From a virus (lineage: Duplodnaviria > Heunggongvirae > Uroviricota > Caudoviricetes): a DNA stretch of 53,728 bases. Made by a program: the position numbers and the translations under genes. Below the pieces are notes generated by a model, which was not told the DNA's origin, ran no database searches, and worked only from the letters and a program-made list of their open reading frames with translations. Shown here one piece after another: positions 26,753 through 37,689 of the stretch (within the stretch, counting starts at the first letter, position 1; each line of letters opens with the position of its first letter). The DNA is taken from the IMG/VR virus record IMGVR_UViG_3300033233_000005. The stretch is one strand, 5' to 3'.

Positions 26753-27343
26753 ATGACAGAATCAAGTAATCTTCCGGCTTTACGTTCCAAGTGCCAAGCC
26801 ATCACCAAGGCTGGCGTAGCATGCGATCAACCAGTCATTAGACCAGGATTCCCATTCTGCCATGCGCATATCAAATATGGCAGTGGAATGGTTAAATCGC
26901 ATGACCGGTACACGTCCGCATTGCCACTTGATCTGCAGCCACATTATACTCATCAGATGTCTGATGACCATCCACAAGACCTTAGAGAAGAGATCGCCAT
27001 GTTACGGGCAGTCATCAGGGACATATCTACCAAAATTGTTCTCCAACCAGGAGAAGACATTCCGGTAGAGAAATTCCAGAAGATTGTAACTGCCATTGAA
27101 TCAGTTGGTAGAACTGTGGAGCGCCAAGCCAAAGTTAATCCAGAGCGGGTCGTATCCATCAATAATGTGATGTCAATGATTTCCCGCGTGGTAGACATCC
27201 TGAATGAGAATATCCCTAAAGATCAGATGGATCTGAGACATAAGATAGTTAACGCAATAAATAAGCATGTGGTATCTGAACTATTGGCGTCTTCTACAGT
27301 TAATACTTTCCCAGGAATGACGCCAGATAAATCACATGAATAA
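26753..27343 (+). CDS. terS: terminase small subunit
   Basis: CQAITKAGVAC...FCHAH Zn motif, HDRYT, LREEIAMLRA; overlaps terL. Confidence 0.75.
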   Translation: MTESSNLPALRSKCQAITKAGVACDQPVIRPGFPFCHAHIKYGSGMVKSHDRYTSALPLDLQPHYTHQMSDDHPQDLREEIAMLRAVIRDISTKIVLQPGEDIPVEKFQKIVTAIESVGRTVERQAKVNPERVVSINNVMSMISRVVDILNENIPKDQMDLRHKIVNAINKHVVSELLASSTVNTFPGMTPDKSHE

Positions 27344-29027
27344 TCCACAAGATAACGTTATTGCCGATTGGCTACGTCGTGAATCTCTGCGACTGCTTGA
27401 TCCTACCACTTCCGATTGGGAAACTCAGCCGGTTCCATTAAAAGAATTTGCTGAGGACCATCTCAACATCAATCTATCTCCACGCCAATACCAGGATCTG
27501 GTTACTTTTCTAGGAGAAGATCCCATAAAGACGTTTGCTGGCGGATCGCCATATAATATGCTATGTTTATTGGCTGGTAAGGGTAGTGGCAAAGACTTCA
27601 TGGCCTCGATCGTAGTGAATTATCTTCTGTATCTACTACTATGCATGCGCAATCCGCATACTTATCTGGACTGGCCGATTGGTGAATCAATAGACATTAT
27701 TGTAGTTAGCTATTCCTCTGAGCAGACAGAATTAACCACGTTTGATAAAATCAAACAGCGAATGCGCAATTGGTTCTGGTTGAAGACCAAATATAGTATC
27801 ATAGATGGCGACCGCTACATCAATCAGAAGGGCATGCCGGTTATCCACATATTTAACGATATTATCAAGACACACCATAACATCCGTATCATAGCTGAAC
27901 ACTCAGCTAACGAATCGTACGAGGGCTATAATATCTTAGCCTGGGTCATGAGCGAGGCATCCGCATTTAAAGCCCATACTAAGGAGCGTAATGCGCAGAA
28001 GGTGTTCGCTACCCTGCGCACCTCAGCGTCCTCTCGATTCAATAACAGATGGAAGGGGATGGTGATGTCGTTCCCTCGATTCGATGAAAATACCGACTTT
28101 ACGTATCTGTTGTATGAGCAGGCCAAGAAAGGCGTAGCAGATGCAACCGGTAGAATATGGCCATCTAAGGGTGCTACGTGGGACTATAAGCCTAGCAAAT
28201 ATTATCCATCTGGTAAGTTCTTTGATTTTGAGGGACATCAAGTGCCTATTGAATTGCGGGCCGATTTTGAAGAAGACCCCGATGAATGCAGAAAGAAATA
28301 CCTTTGCATACCACCTAAGGCGGGTGCTAGAATCGTAGCCGACACTGCCATCTTGAAGGCTATTCATAGTCAGCCGCCTATCGTGACATTCGATCCATAT
28401 CTGAATGAAGAGACGAATAAGATCATGATGAAGATAGTCGGGCTAGATCGCCCCGATCTATTGACTAACAATTATTTGATCACAGTGGACTTGGGAGAGG
28501 TGAACAGTGCAGCCGCCGTATGCATATCGCACCTGGAAGAAGGAGCTGGTTATGTGCAGGATGCCTTGGGTGCATGGACTCCTAATCCAGACAAGGGTAC
28601 GGCAGTAGATCTTATAGACGTGCGCAATACGTTAAAATACTTAGCCAAGACTATTCCACGAGTCCGGGTGGCATTCGACCAGTGGCAATCTAGATTATTT
28701 AGGTCTGAACTGCAACAGGAAGGCATCAAAGTAGATGAATACCACACCAAATCTGAGGATTATTCTATATTCACCAAAGCCATGTCATTGGGTATAGCTC
28801 ATATCCTAGATGACGAGACTTTAAAGGTTCAGTTAAGTTCCTTAAAAGAAAAGGATGGTAGGACATTCTCCGATCCCAAGATATCTACCAGGAAAGATTT
28901 GGTTGACGTCACGGTGGGTGGTTTTAAGATGCTCATGGGCAAGACGGTATCGACCGATCTTGACGGAGAATTGATTGCTGGTAATCTATCAGAATTTGGT
29001 TCAGTGCTCCCAAGCCAGTCTTGGTAA
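27336..29027 (+). CDS. terL: terminase large subunit
   Basis: Walker A AGKGSGKD, Walker B-like WVMSEASAF, RNase H-like ITVDLG, VAFDQWQS, KDLVD. Confidence 0.9.
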   Translation: MNNPQDNVIADWLRRESLRLLDPTTSDWETQPVPLKEFAEDHLNINLSPRQYQDLVTFLGEDPIKTFAGGSPYNMLCLLAGKGSGKDFMASIVVNYLLYLLLCMRNPHTYLDWPIGESIDIIVVSYSSEQTELTTFDKIKQRMRNWFWLKTKYSIIDGDRYINQKGMPVIHIFNDIIKTHHNIRIIAEHSANESYEGYNILAWVMSEASAFKAHTKERNAQKVFATLRTSASSRFNNRWKGMVMSFPRFDENTDFTYLLYEQAKKGVADATGRIWPSKGATWDYKPSKYYPSGKFFDFEGHQVPIELRADFEEDPDECRKKYLCIPPKAGARIVADTAILKAIHSQPPIVTFDPYLNEETNKIMMKIVGLDRPDLLTNNYLITVDLGEVNSAAAVCISHLEEGAGYVQDALGAWTPNPDKGTAVDLIDVRNTLKYLAKTIPRVRVAFDQWQSRLFRSELQQEGIKVDEYHTKSEDYSIFTKAMSLGIAHILDDETLKVQLSSLKEKDGRTFSDPKISTRKDLVDVTVGGFKMLMGKTVSTDLDGELIAGNLSEFGSVLPSQSW

Positions 29028-29045
29028 ATTAAAAGGAGAATAGAT

Positions 29046-29348
29046 ATGGCAAACTATTTGGCTGCGTTATCGATATTTGACGTGGGTAAGATAGTTAGAT
29101 TTAAGGATCAGTTTAGAGAGCAATTCAAGGATATGTGTGCCAAAGAGCGGGAGTATTGTAAGAAGGTTAAGGCTCAAGTCCAAATGACCCCAGAGAAATA
29201 TAAAGAAGTAGAGGACCTGTTGGCTAAGTGCTATACCCCGTATCACGTGGAGTCTCTACGGAGAATAGTATTGGTAGAATGCGTAATCCCATCTTGGGAA
29301 GAATTAGACAAGATAGCGAACGAATTGATCGTAGAATCCACCGTGTAA
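29046..29348 (+). CDS. hypothetical protein
   Basis: AAGGAG SD. Confidence 0.65.
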   Translation: MANYLAALSIFDVGKIVRFKDQFREQFKDMCAKEREYCKKVKAQVQMTPEKYKEVEDLLAKCYTPYHVESLRRIVLVECVIPSWEELDKIANELIVESTV

Positions 29349-29353
29349 TATAA

Positions 29354-29382
29354 TTGACTGATGATTGTACATACCGTATACT
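29354..29382 (+). promoter_or_regulatory. sigma70-type promoter
   Basis: TTGACT-17 nt-TATACT. Confidence 0.75.
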
Positions 29383-29409
29383 AGATATAAGATGATTCCA
29401 GGAGGCAAA

Positions 29410-30324
29410 ATGACAGGGCATAGGGTTATGGCTGAAGACCGCCCCCAGGTTTCCCCCGAGCAGATGATGGGTGTCCTCAAGGGATTGCCCGATGTACCCG
29501 CTGCTCCTGAGAAAGCAATAGAGGTTGAGAAAGGCAAGAAAAAGCCTGTGCTCCCTCTAACTGGTGAATTTGCGGCAACTGTACGTGCATTAAGCGAAGC
29601 TGAACAACTGCGCAAGAGCATCGAGTCGCATGCTCGCCGTGTTGACTTCGGTAGTGAAGTCAAGCATCCTGTTGGTATTGCGATTAGAGACGAAGTAACC
29701 GAGCGTTACTTTGCTAATTGGAATCGGATCGTGGATGGTGAATTCGATCCAGCCCACAAAATGACTGCTGCAATGTTCGATCATATGGGATATATTGGTG
29801 ATGTAACTGTCGGCACACAGTTAACCGAAGACGCGCCCAAGGCTATCGGCGATACAGTGGATAAAATAGAAAAAGAATTGGAAAAGGCAGTCAAGGCCCT
29901 TGGTGCTAATGCCGATAAGATGAAGAAAGTGGAAGATGCGGTTAAGGAACTGGCCGATAAGTTAGTGTCTAAAGAAGTTAGACGGGTATATGTAAAGTTT
30001 GAGAATCATCCAAGTCTCCGTGTCTATTCCATGGCTGATCTTGAAACATTAGCCAAGGACGTAAAGGGCAGACTTAAAGACGCTAGAAAGATTCAAAAGA
30101 AGTCGGCTGATACGGCAGTAGTCACAGAAACTAAGATGACCAAGATGGCAACTGATATAGTAGATGCAGTAGAAGATGTTGATGATAAGATGACGGCTCA
30201 AATGGAAGTAATAGCTGGCGCAATGGCAGATGCTAATGACGATCTGCTAACCGCTGCTGGCATCGTAGAGGCGACAAGTAAAGAGGTATCTGCAATGGTA
30301 TCTCAGCTACAAGGAGGCTCGTAA
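29410..30324 (+). CDS. putative head protein, coiled-coil
   Basis: GGAGG SD at ATG 29410; Ala/Lys/Glu-rich helical sequence. Confidence 0.7.
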   Translation: MTGHRVMAEDRPQVSPEQMMGVLKGLPDVPAAPEKAIEVEKGKKKPVLPLTGEFAATVRALSEAEQLRKSIESHARRVDFGSEVKHPVGIAIRDEVTERYFANWNRIVDGEFDPAHKMTAAMFDHMGYIGDVTVGTQLTEDAPKAIGDTVDKIEKELEKAVKALGANADKMKKVEDAVKELADKLVSKEVRRVYVKFENHPSLRVYSMADLETLAKDVKGRLKDARKIQKKSADTAVVTETKMTKMATDIVDAVEDVDDKMTAQMEVIAGAMADANDDLLTAAGIVEATSKEVSAMVSQLQGGS

Positions 30325-30328
30325 GACT

Positions 30329-30898
30329 ATGAGGGTATTTAATCCGAGTTCTACAAAAGCAGTTGTGCTAAGTGACACCCGCCAGGTGGGTGATGCTCAG
30401 CAACCACAGTGGCAAGACGGTATTAAGTCGGTTACCGTATCACCTCTTGGTACCGTCGCTATTAGAAACGAGGAAGCTGGCAATTCGGCTGCGCTTCTAT
30501 CGGCTCTATCAAGCGGTACGCTAAGAGTAGTTACACCCAATGATACCACAAGCAGCGCTACCTTTGATACAGTCCCTGGACTGGTCACTGGTGTGGGCAA
30601 TGCTGCCGTAGTTGGTATGTATGTTGTGCCGATTGGTAAGAAGTTGTATATCGCATTCGGTGGTTCCTTTACTCCAGCTGTCCCTTCTGCAGCCGATATT
30701 ATCAAGCTGGTACCTGGATACACGAATGGCGATGGGACTGCGGTCAACGCGTTCACTGATATCAAGCTGGTTTACAACACTGCTGTTGAAGGTGCTGTCA
30801 TCGCTGTCGATGCTACCAATGGTAGCATTCCAGCTGTAGTACTAGACAACAGCGCGGGTGTTGCAGTTTCCAAGACCGCGTTGCTCATCTTGGCATAA
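30329..30898 (+). CDS. putative virion protein, beta-rich
   Basis: Ala/Val/Thr/Gly-rich 189 aa in the head cluster. Confidence 0.65.
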   Translation: MRVFNPSSTKAVVLSDTRQVGDAQQPQWQDGIKSVTVSPLGTVAIRNEEAGNSAALLSALSSGTLRVVTPNDTTSSATFDTVPGLVTGVGNAAVVGMYVVPIGKKLYIAFGGSFTPAVPSAADIIKLVPGYTNGDGTAVNAFTDIKLVYNTAVEGAVIAVDATNGSIPAVVLDNSAGVAVSKTALLILA

Positions 30899-30899
30899 G

Positions 30900-31544
30900 G
30901 TGCCATCGGATTGGAAAAACTTCACTCCAGATAATATACCAACCAGTGACACTACAACAGAGAATCAGGACACGTCAGTTCAACCAGATACCGATGGTGG
31001 TATTGGGGGAGATGCTGAATATGGTATATGGAGAAGGAAGGTATTTCCAGAAGGATTCCCGACAGGGAAAACGGTGGGATCAGTGAAGACCTTGCAGCTT
31101 ACAACCTCTAACGATGCACGCCTGCTCGAAACCCACGGGGTGGCGAGCGCTTCTGATATATTGGAAGTGCTCCACCCTGATGGGTTGTCTTTATTGGATA
31201 GCATTACAAGTCAGCATGCATATGTTGTAGTGAAAGGCTCTATGAAGATCGTGGATGTGGCCACTAATAATTGGCCTATCAATCTAGCACAGGCTAAAGA
31301 CATAAGATCCAATCTAAAACAACCAGTGCAGCTGGGCAATGAGATAGGTACGGTAGCTGGATGTTTTGGAGATCTAATCTTGTTTAAAGGTAGCTCAGAA
31401 TCTCTAGTACCGATTCACGATTTGATGCCAGTGATGGTCAAAGCTGGTGTAGAAGCCTGGGAAGATACACATCCTAAGAAATGTGAAGTTGAAGGATGCA
31501 CTTTACCTTATGGGCATCCTGGTGACCACACTACTACGGTATAG
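30900..31544 (+). CDS. hypothetical protein with C-terminal CCHH motif
   Basis: GTG 30900 after the previous stop; ends CEVEGCTLPYGHPGDH. Confidence 0.6.
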   Translation: MPSDWKNFTPDNIPTSDTTTENQDTSVQPDTDGGIGGDAEYGIWRRKVFPEGFPTGKTVGSVKTLQLTTSNDARLLETHGVASASDILEVLHPDGLSLLDSITSQHAYVVVKGSMKIVDVATNNWPINLAQAKDIRSNLKQPVQLGNEIGTVAGCFGDLILFKGSSESLVPIHDLMPVMVKAGVEAWEDTHPKKCEVEGCTLPYGHPGDHTTTV

Positions 31545-31552
31545 GAGGTAAT

Positions 31553-31882
31553 ATGTCTGAGACTTTGATATCTGACGCCAATAGTGGTATTGCCATCAAG
31601 CAGATGGGTACCCGATTTGATGTATTTCTGCATGAGCAGCCTCTAGACAGATTTACCACTTACAAGGCCGCTGCCAGTTTTGCTACTGATCTATATGTGG
31701 CCAAGTGTGCATCTGCAGATGATGAACTCATCGGACAGAAGCGATTTATCGCTGCCGCTGTTGGTAATGGCGGTAATGTAATCGTGATGTCCAAGACCAA
31801 GCATGGATATATCGTACAGCGGATTGGTTCACCAGAACGCTTCGAGGTAGTGGCGGAATATCTGCTAGATCCCGTTGAGTAA
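31553..31882 (+). CDS. hypothetical head-region protein
   Basis: AGGAGG SD. Confidence 0.7.
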   Translation: MSETLISDANSGIAIKQMGTRFDVFLHEQPLDRFTTYKAAASFATDLYVAKCASADDELIGQKRFIAAAVGNGGNVIVMSKTKHGYIVQRIGSPERFEVVAEYLLDPVE

Positions 31883-31890
31883 ATGGTGTT

Positions 31891-32841
31891 ATGGCCAAGC
31901 TTGCCAGTGATGCCTATGTTACGGCGTTTGATCAATACGGCAGAGGTGAGATAAAGCTTAGAGCCGGTACTCGCCTTGACGTTTTAAATGTATCCGGATC
32001 GATCGCTACCTGTTCCTTCGGACACCCAGACCATTACCACGTAACGGTAAACGTCCCAACCAAGATATTACTCTATGCGCAGGGTGATCCCGAAATAGAC
32101 GCCTTCATATCAGACGTCAGCAAGTCAGATCCAGGTCTGGCCGAATCTCTAAGAAAGAAACCTGAAACTGCCAGAGAATTAATAGCCATACATAAGGCGA
32201 TCGAGGCCGCTCCCGAAGAGATACGTAAGCAGTTGATGTTTAAGCCTTCTATCCCTCTTGCTGAATTACCCGAGGCCATTCACCGCGCTGTGCCGCGTGA
32301 GCAGGCTGAAGAGGAATCCATGATAGGTGAAATGCAAGAGGCCGTTGAGATACGTAAACGGGTAGAGGAACATATTAAGAATGCTGATCCTGCTCTGGTG
32401 GGTGAATTGGTATACAGTCCCGGCTATCCGGTTGAGACATTCCCCAAAAGAACGCGGGAACAGTTAATGAGCCGCATGCCAGAAGTGGGTGAAGTAGAAA
32501 TACCAGGCCATGAGGGCCGGTTTGAAATCAGATCAGAGGAAAAGGGAAAGAAGCGGCGTGGGTTCCCTCTATTTATCCTATTGGACAAAAAGACTGGCAG
32601 GATATATGACGTTGGTACGCCAGAGCGTGCTAAGGCTAAGGCAGAAGAAATAGTCCAGCTAGAACAAATGATCTCCGGGCCAGCCACTAACAAATACAAG
32701 GGCTGGGGCATTCTCACAGGTATTGATCCAGAGGAGCAAGAAGCTCGGTTCTATGTAGTTAGTCCATCTGGGGAGAGGAAACATGTAGCTGAATCCATGG
32801 AAGAGGCTGAGAAATTCATAGACAGCCAGGTGGCGCAATGA
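31891..32841 (+). CDS. modular hypothetical head-region protein
   Basis: 316 aa; SH3-like N-terminus; small beta-beta-beta-alpha modules at the C-terminus. Confidence 0.7.
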   Translation: MAKLASDAYVTAFDQYGRGEIKLRAGTRLDVLNVSGSIATCSFGHPDHYHVTVNVPTKILLYAQGDPEIDAFISDVSKSDPGLAESLRKKPETARELIAIHKAIEAAPEEIRKQLMFKPSIPLAELPEAIHRAVPREQAEEESMIGEMQEAVEIRKRVEEHIKNADPALVGELVYSPGYPVETFPKRTREQLMSRMPEVGEVEIPGHEGRFEIRSEEKGKKRRGFPLFILLDKKTGRIYDVGTPERAKAKAEEIVQLEQMISGPATNKYKGWGILTGIDPEEQEARFYVVSPSGERKHVAESMEEAEKFIDSQVAQ

Positions 32842-33743
32842 TTAAACTTGCTGAATACGATGTAACTGCATTGAAGGCGGAAGCTACAGAACGTCTTCAG
32901 GAGTATTCTAACTTCTCTGAGGTAATAACCAAGTTACAGGGACTGTCTGAAGCTGAAATGTCGGCTATGTCCACCGATCAGAAGTCAGCCATGGCTAGGA
33001 TTGCCGAATCACTCGAACAAATGAAGAGTGGCCTGGCGATACTTCCTCCTCTCATGAGTTCAATGCAATGGATGCTGGAAAGTACTGGTGGGCAGATGGA
33101 TGAGTCCGTAGCCACACAGATTAAATCGGTATTATCCAGACTCAACAAGATACGCCCCATGATGTTGACTGTTATGGAATCGGCTCCTACGGTGGTACCG
33201 AGCATTAAGACCAACGCAGCTGAGGAGGAATCAGGGCGTGCGACCCCTCCACATGCTTGGCCGCCAGAAGGTATGTCTGAATTATTAACTGCGGTACATA
33301 ATCAGACAACCGAATTTATGGCTACCGAGAATAATATCGTCAAGTTGCAAGAATTGTTTAGGAGTGATGAAAAGATGGGGAATCTTGATCCTCAGTTAAG
33401 AGCCGACATCACCACCTTCCTGGGCCAGAAGGTAGTGCCTTTTATTGACCAATTGAATCTTAAGGATGAAATCATTGAGGAGATCGTTGACGCAGGTAGA
33501 CGCGAATTGATGGCTAAGGAGCCATTTAGTGTGGGTACTGTAGACATGATTAATAATTACCTACGTATAGTCAATGAAGTTACTCAAGCATTGGGATCTG
33601 ATGCCAAGGCATTATTGGGTAGGGCACAAGAGACTAGGACAGCCGCTACCGTAGAAGTATTTGGGGTAGCCATCATACCCCCTACCGAATTAAGACGTTG
33701 CTGCTCGACCTTATTAAAAACCATAGGAGAAACACATGTCTGA
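32838..33743 (+). CDS. helical hypothetical head-region protein
   Basis: ATGA overlap; 301 aa. Confidence 0.7.
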   Translation: MIKLAEYDVTALKAEATERLQEYSNFSEVITKLQGLSEAEMSAMSTDQKSAMARIAESLEQMKSGLAILPPLMSSMQWMLESTGGQMDESVATQIKSVLSRLNKIRPMMLTVMESAPTVVPSIKTNAAEEESGRATPPHAWPPEGMSELLTAVHNQTTEFMATENNIVKLQELFRSDEKMGNLDPQLRADITTFLGQKVVPFIDQLNLKDEIIEEIVDAGRRELMAKEPFSVGTVDMINNYLRIVNEVTQALGSDAKALLGRAQETRTAATVEVFGVAIIPPTELRRCCSTLLKTIGETHV

Positions 33744-34197
33744 AAATATGTCAGCGCCAGATAGAATGCAGCACGCCATGATGTGCTACTATGCCGTATT
33801 GCAGCAGGGCATGTCCCCTAAAGAAGCTTATTGTGCCGTCTGTATAGCAGAGAGATTATCTATTATTGAGATGGATGAACTCTGGGAGAAGCTCAAGGAC
33901 CAGGCTACTGCCACCGCTGAATGCGAGAAAGTAACTGCCGCTGAGATGCTTGATGCCATGAAGGATCATGTTAAGAAAGATGATAAAGGCGAGCAGGATA
34001 CCGGCATTACCAATGATATGATCCAGCAGATTATAGATAAGGTAAAGAATCCCAAGAAAGTCAAGGTGAAGTTAACAGTGGCTGGGTCCGATGATACTTC
34101 CATTAAGGTCATTAGCGGATATAAAATAGATGATAGGGATTGGTTATCTAAGGTAGACGAAATCGATAATCCAGGGGGTGATACAGATGAGGCTTAA
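33736..34197 (+). CDS. hypothetical head-region protein
   Basis: AGGAG SD. Confidence 0.7.
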   Translation: MSENMSAPDRMQHAMMCYYAVLQQGMSPKEAYCAVCIAERLSIIEMDELWEKLKDQATATAECEKVTAAEMLDAMKDHVKKDDKGEQDTGITNDMIQQIIDKVKNPKKVKVKLTVAGSDDTSIKVISGYKIDDRDWLSKVDEIDNPGGDTDEA

Positions 34198-35566
34198 GAT
34201 AGGAGACAGAGTTAGACTTAACGTTACCAGTAGCGACGGCGTGCCTGAGGGAACCAAGGGCACTGTAATCCAGATGGCTGGTGAGGCTAAGCCTGAATTC
34301 GTTCGAGTTGCCGTTAGGAACGCTGGTCAGGACCAGGTTTTAGAGATGGACCCTGACGCATTTGAACGTATCAGACCGATTAGACGTCACGCCAGTCATG
34401 GTGAGACTGAGCGCACGCGTGCCCTACAGGGAATCAATTGGGCGGGCACTAACCTCCCAGAGGAACTGTTGGAATGTGAAGGGCATATTAGAGAACTGTT
34501 GGATGTTGGGTACTCATATCTGTTCATCGAGCGGTATCTGTATCCCATGGGTTATGGCCTAAACGTAATCAGGAAGGCTTTCAAGACCTTAACTGGCATG
34601 GAAGCTGAGAAGGCTGTAAATTTTGCTGCTTTGCAGACCCCTGGTACTATTCCGCAATTCAATTTGGGCTGGGGCTGTGCTAAGGGAAGCAAAGACTACA
34701 TATTCATCATGCCGTTGACGTCCTGCTATGGTGTATTTCGCCAGAAGGGAGATCTAGACCGCCAGTTAGAAGACTCGTTTGATCTGCTGGCTGAAGCGGT
34801 AGAGGCTGCTAAGAAGAAGGTTGATAAATTACAGCGCTGGGACCCGCCTATCAAAGATATGATGACTGATATGGACCCAACTCAGCTGTATCGACAGCCC
34901 CAATTGTTCATGCAGGCAGATGCCTTCAGTCAGATGCTGCGTACTATCGCATCTCTGGATGAGCGTAAGTCCATGATTGACCAGGCATTCTCTACTGGTA
35001 CAATCAGCGCCGGTAGAAGGGAGTATCTAACTAAGGTTCTATGTGACAGTCCTGCTACATTGGAGCAGGAAGCGGTTAGGGATGAATTGGCCAAGCAGGA
35101 AGAAGGCGCATGGGCACAGTCTCCATCCGATATGCTTAAGCGTACTCCCCAACAGATGTTGAATGAGGGACGCCCCGGCATTTCTATCCCATTGGAGGCC
35201 ATGGCTAAGATTGAGAGTGATATCAGGGATATGACATCCTTACTTAAAGATTTTAACCTGAATATCATAAAGGTGGATTGGTCTAGTGAGCAGCCATCAG
35301 GGGTGGAATCACCTGTACCTATTGACGAACCTGATATTATGAATGCCACGGGTACGATATCGGTATTGGTTAAGATCACGGATCAATCCCTCAAGGAATT
35401 CGGCAATGACGCCAAGATCGGATTGATGGTATTTACCCTAATCCGTAATCACGTTGAGACGCCGGATACTATTAAGGGCGAGGATAACCAGAAGTATGGT
35501 ATCACCGATGATGGTCTGAGTAAGTATTTCATCGCAGAACGTGAGCGGGCTGGCCTGGTTAAGTGA
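34187..35566 (+). CDS. hypothetical head-region protein with SH3-like N-terminus
   Basis: AGGGGGTGA SD; LKIGDRVRL...GTKGTVI. Confidence 0.7.
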   Translation: MRLKIGDRVRLNVTSSDGVPEGTKGTVIQMAGEAKPEFVRVAVRNAGQDQVLEMDPDAFERIRPIRRHASHGETERTRALQGINWAGTNLPEELLECEGHIRELLDVGYSYLFIERYLYPMGYGLNVIRKAFKTLTGMEAEKAVNFAALQTPGTIPQFNLGWGCAKGSKDYIFIMPLTSCYGVFRQKGDLDRQLEDSFDLLAEAVEAAKKKVDKLQRWDPPIKDMMTDMDPTQLYRQPQLFMQADAFSQMLRTIASLDERKSMIDQAFSTGTISAGRREYLTKVLCDSPATLEQEAVRDELAKQEEGAWAQSPSDMLKRTPQQMLNEGRPGISIPLEAMAKIESDIRDMTSLLKDFNLNIIKVDWSSEQPSGVESPVPIDEPDIMNATGTISVLVKITDQSLKEFGNDAKIGLMVFTLIRNHVETPDTIKGEDNQKYGITDDGLSKYFIAERERAGLVK

Positions 35567-35883
35567 ACCAAAAGGTTACAGCTGCCAGTGGCTCGGCTAG
35601 ATTCGTAGGCTCTGCCTATGTTAGATTATTCATAGATGTAACTGATATAGAGGATAGACCAGAAATAGAAGCTATTCGCGATATGAACATCCCCTTGCAA
35701 GAGAAATTAGAGAAATTAGATGCGATCAAGGATGGGATACTTCGTGAGGTTGCATGGGACAAATGGGTGGGGATATCTATTAAAGCCGAGAGGTTGGGTG
35801 CTAAAATAGATTTTGAATTAGGAAACCCAGAGCATAATAATATAGATTGGGAGTCATTAGTAAGAACTATAGAAGACGAGTAA
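35563..35883 (+). CDS. hypothetical protein
   Basis: GTGA overlap; directly upstream of portal. Confidence 0.65.
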   Translation: MNQKVTAASGSARFVGSAYVRLFIDVTDIEDRPEIEAIRDMNIPLQEKLEKLDAIKDGILREVAWDKWVGISIKAERLGAKIDFELGNPEHNNIDWESLVRTIEDE

Positions 35884-35892
35884 GGAGAAGCA

Positions 35893-37689
35893 ATGTTTGC
35901 TCCAGATGGCAGTGATTTAACAAATGCTCCAGATTGGCTTAAACAAGCCATAATCAGTAGAGGTTCAGCTAGTAGTGGCTTAGACGTCAAAGCTGACCTC
36001 ACATCATCTGATTCTTCCCTTAGAATACCACTACAATATCTAGATCCTCTATTTGACCAGATTCTATTAATCTTCCCGCAGGATAACCTACGGGAGCTTA
36101 ATAGGCGTCTACGCCATTATTACAAATATGATCCTTATATCAGGAGCATTGTAGACTTTCACACAGAAACTCCGCTATCGGATTTCGATCTGCGGTGCCC
36201 AGCTAATCGAGAAGTAGAGGAATACTTTCAGGACTTCAAAGATCGTAAGAATCTCTTAAATACCTTCGTCAACGTACTACGCGACTATTGGTTGCTAGGT
36301 GAGGGATTCGCTTACGGCAACTGGGATGCTGACAATAGAGAATTCTCAGAATTCGTTCAGCTCCCACCTGAGGAACTTGAAATACACTCTGCTTATATCA
36401 GCACTCAGAAAGTATACGTCATGCGGCCTAACAAAGAGGTCGCCAAAATGATGCGGTCCTTTAATCCGGCTGATACACAGGTATCAGACATTATCAGGCA
36501 TTCTCAGCCACAATTTGCCGCTGCTGTTGCTAGAAATAAGCCATTCATCCTGGATACCAATCGGCTGTTCATTATGCAGCGTGAACAGGCTGGCTATATC
36601 AATCGTGGTATTAGCCCCGTGCTAGCGGTAGTTAAGGATCTAATCTATCAGGACTTCCTAAATATGTATCGCACTACATTCATTCAGCGCCATGCGGCAC
36701 CTCTACGTTTGTTTAAGTTAGGTAGTGCAGAAAAGGGATTCATCCCCTCCAAGAAGATGTTTAGGGAATTCCGGGCACAGTTGGTGCAGGCTATTAACGA
36801 CCCTGATTTCAATTTTGTAACCCACCCATTCGTACAGGTAGAATACCACACTGGCCAAGATAAGATCCTAAACTTAATACCTATGTATGATCTAGTAAAG
36901 ACCCGGATATTTGCTGGTCTATTCGTCAGCGAAGCCGTGATCTCTGGTGAGAAGACCCCATATGCTGCCGGTGTCACGTTCATGCGCGGGCTGATGAATC
37001 GGTATCTTACCGTACGGAACATGTTGGAGATAGAGGTCCAGCGCAAGATATTCTCTCATCTGTCTAGAAAGCGTGGATTCTATATGCCCACTCAGGCCGA
37101 GACCAGCCACAGAATACGGGCTGCGCGTACTCCCGATAAGCTCATTATGCCTAAGATTATGTGGCATAAGGCCAACCTATTAGCCAACCAGCAGATACAG
37201 CAGTTGGTCATTGGCCTACGTGAGAAGGGAGAAATTCCATTCAGATTCGTAGCCGAAATGTTCGGCTGGAATATGGAGGATATCGCGCACCAGCTGGCAC
37301 GTGAGGAGAGCACTCCTGCTGACCAGGCATGGCGCAAGGTCCGGGATAAGGCCCTGGCTGACGACGAGATGTTGGCCAATAAGGTATTGAGCGGGGTCAA
37401 GTTGGACGTCGCTCTTAAGGAACAGATAGTGGCTAAATTTAAAACCGGTGATAAATCTGAAAAGGGCAAAGAAGATAAGGAGAAGAAACCAGCTAGAAGC
37501 GGGTTAACTCCTCCAGAAGTGCCTATATCCAGACCATCATTATCACCTGAAACTGAGGCTAGACCATCCGAAGTAAAGTCACCTATCCCTCCAATGCCAG
37601 GAACACCTGGGGAATCGGCTAGTAGCAAACCCAGGCCGGGTGAGGAAGGGGGAGCTGGTGCAGGTGGCGCAGCAGGAGGCACTCCGTGA
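35893..37689 (+). CDS. portal protein
   Basis: YYKYDPYIRSIVDFH, YWLLGEGFAY, VQLPPEE, RGISP.L...KDL, stem-clip-stem order, Pro/Gly-rich tail; lies between terL and the protease. Confidence 0.85.
   Translation: MFAPDGSDLTNAPDWLKQAIISRGSASSGLDVKADLTSSDSSLRIPLQYLDPLFDQILLIFPQDNLRELNRRLRHYYKYDPYIRSIVDFHTETPLSDFDLRCPANREVEEYFQDFKDRKNLLNTFVNVLRDYWLLGEGFAYGNWDADNREFSEFVQLPPEELEIHSAYISTQKVYVMRPNKEVAKMMRSFNPADTQVSDIIRHSQPQFAAAVARNKPFILDTNRLFIMQREQAGYINRGISPVLAVVKDLIYQDFLNMYRTTFIQRHAAPLRLFKLGSAEKGFIPSKKMFREFRAQLVQAINDPDFNFVTHPFVQVEYHTGQDKILNLIPMYDLVKTRIFAGLFVSEAVISGEKTPYAAGVTFMRGLMNRYLTVRNMLEIEVQRKIFSHLSRKRGFYMPTQAETSHRIRAARTPDKLIMPKIMWHKANLLANQQIQQLVIGLREKGEIPFRFVAEMFGWNMEDIAHQLAREESTPADQAWRKVRDKALADDEMLANKVLSGVKLDVALKEQIVAKFKTGDKSEKGKEDKEKKPARSGLTPPEVPISRPSLSPETEARPSEVKSPIPPMPGTPGESASSKPRPGEEGGAGAGGAAGGTP

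Noticed and set aside
17029-29027. Inteins or introns in dnaE, nrdJ or terL
   Set aside because: Lengths are normal, motifs are contiguous, and there is no splice-junction or LAGLIDADG signature
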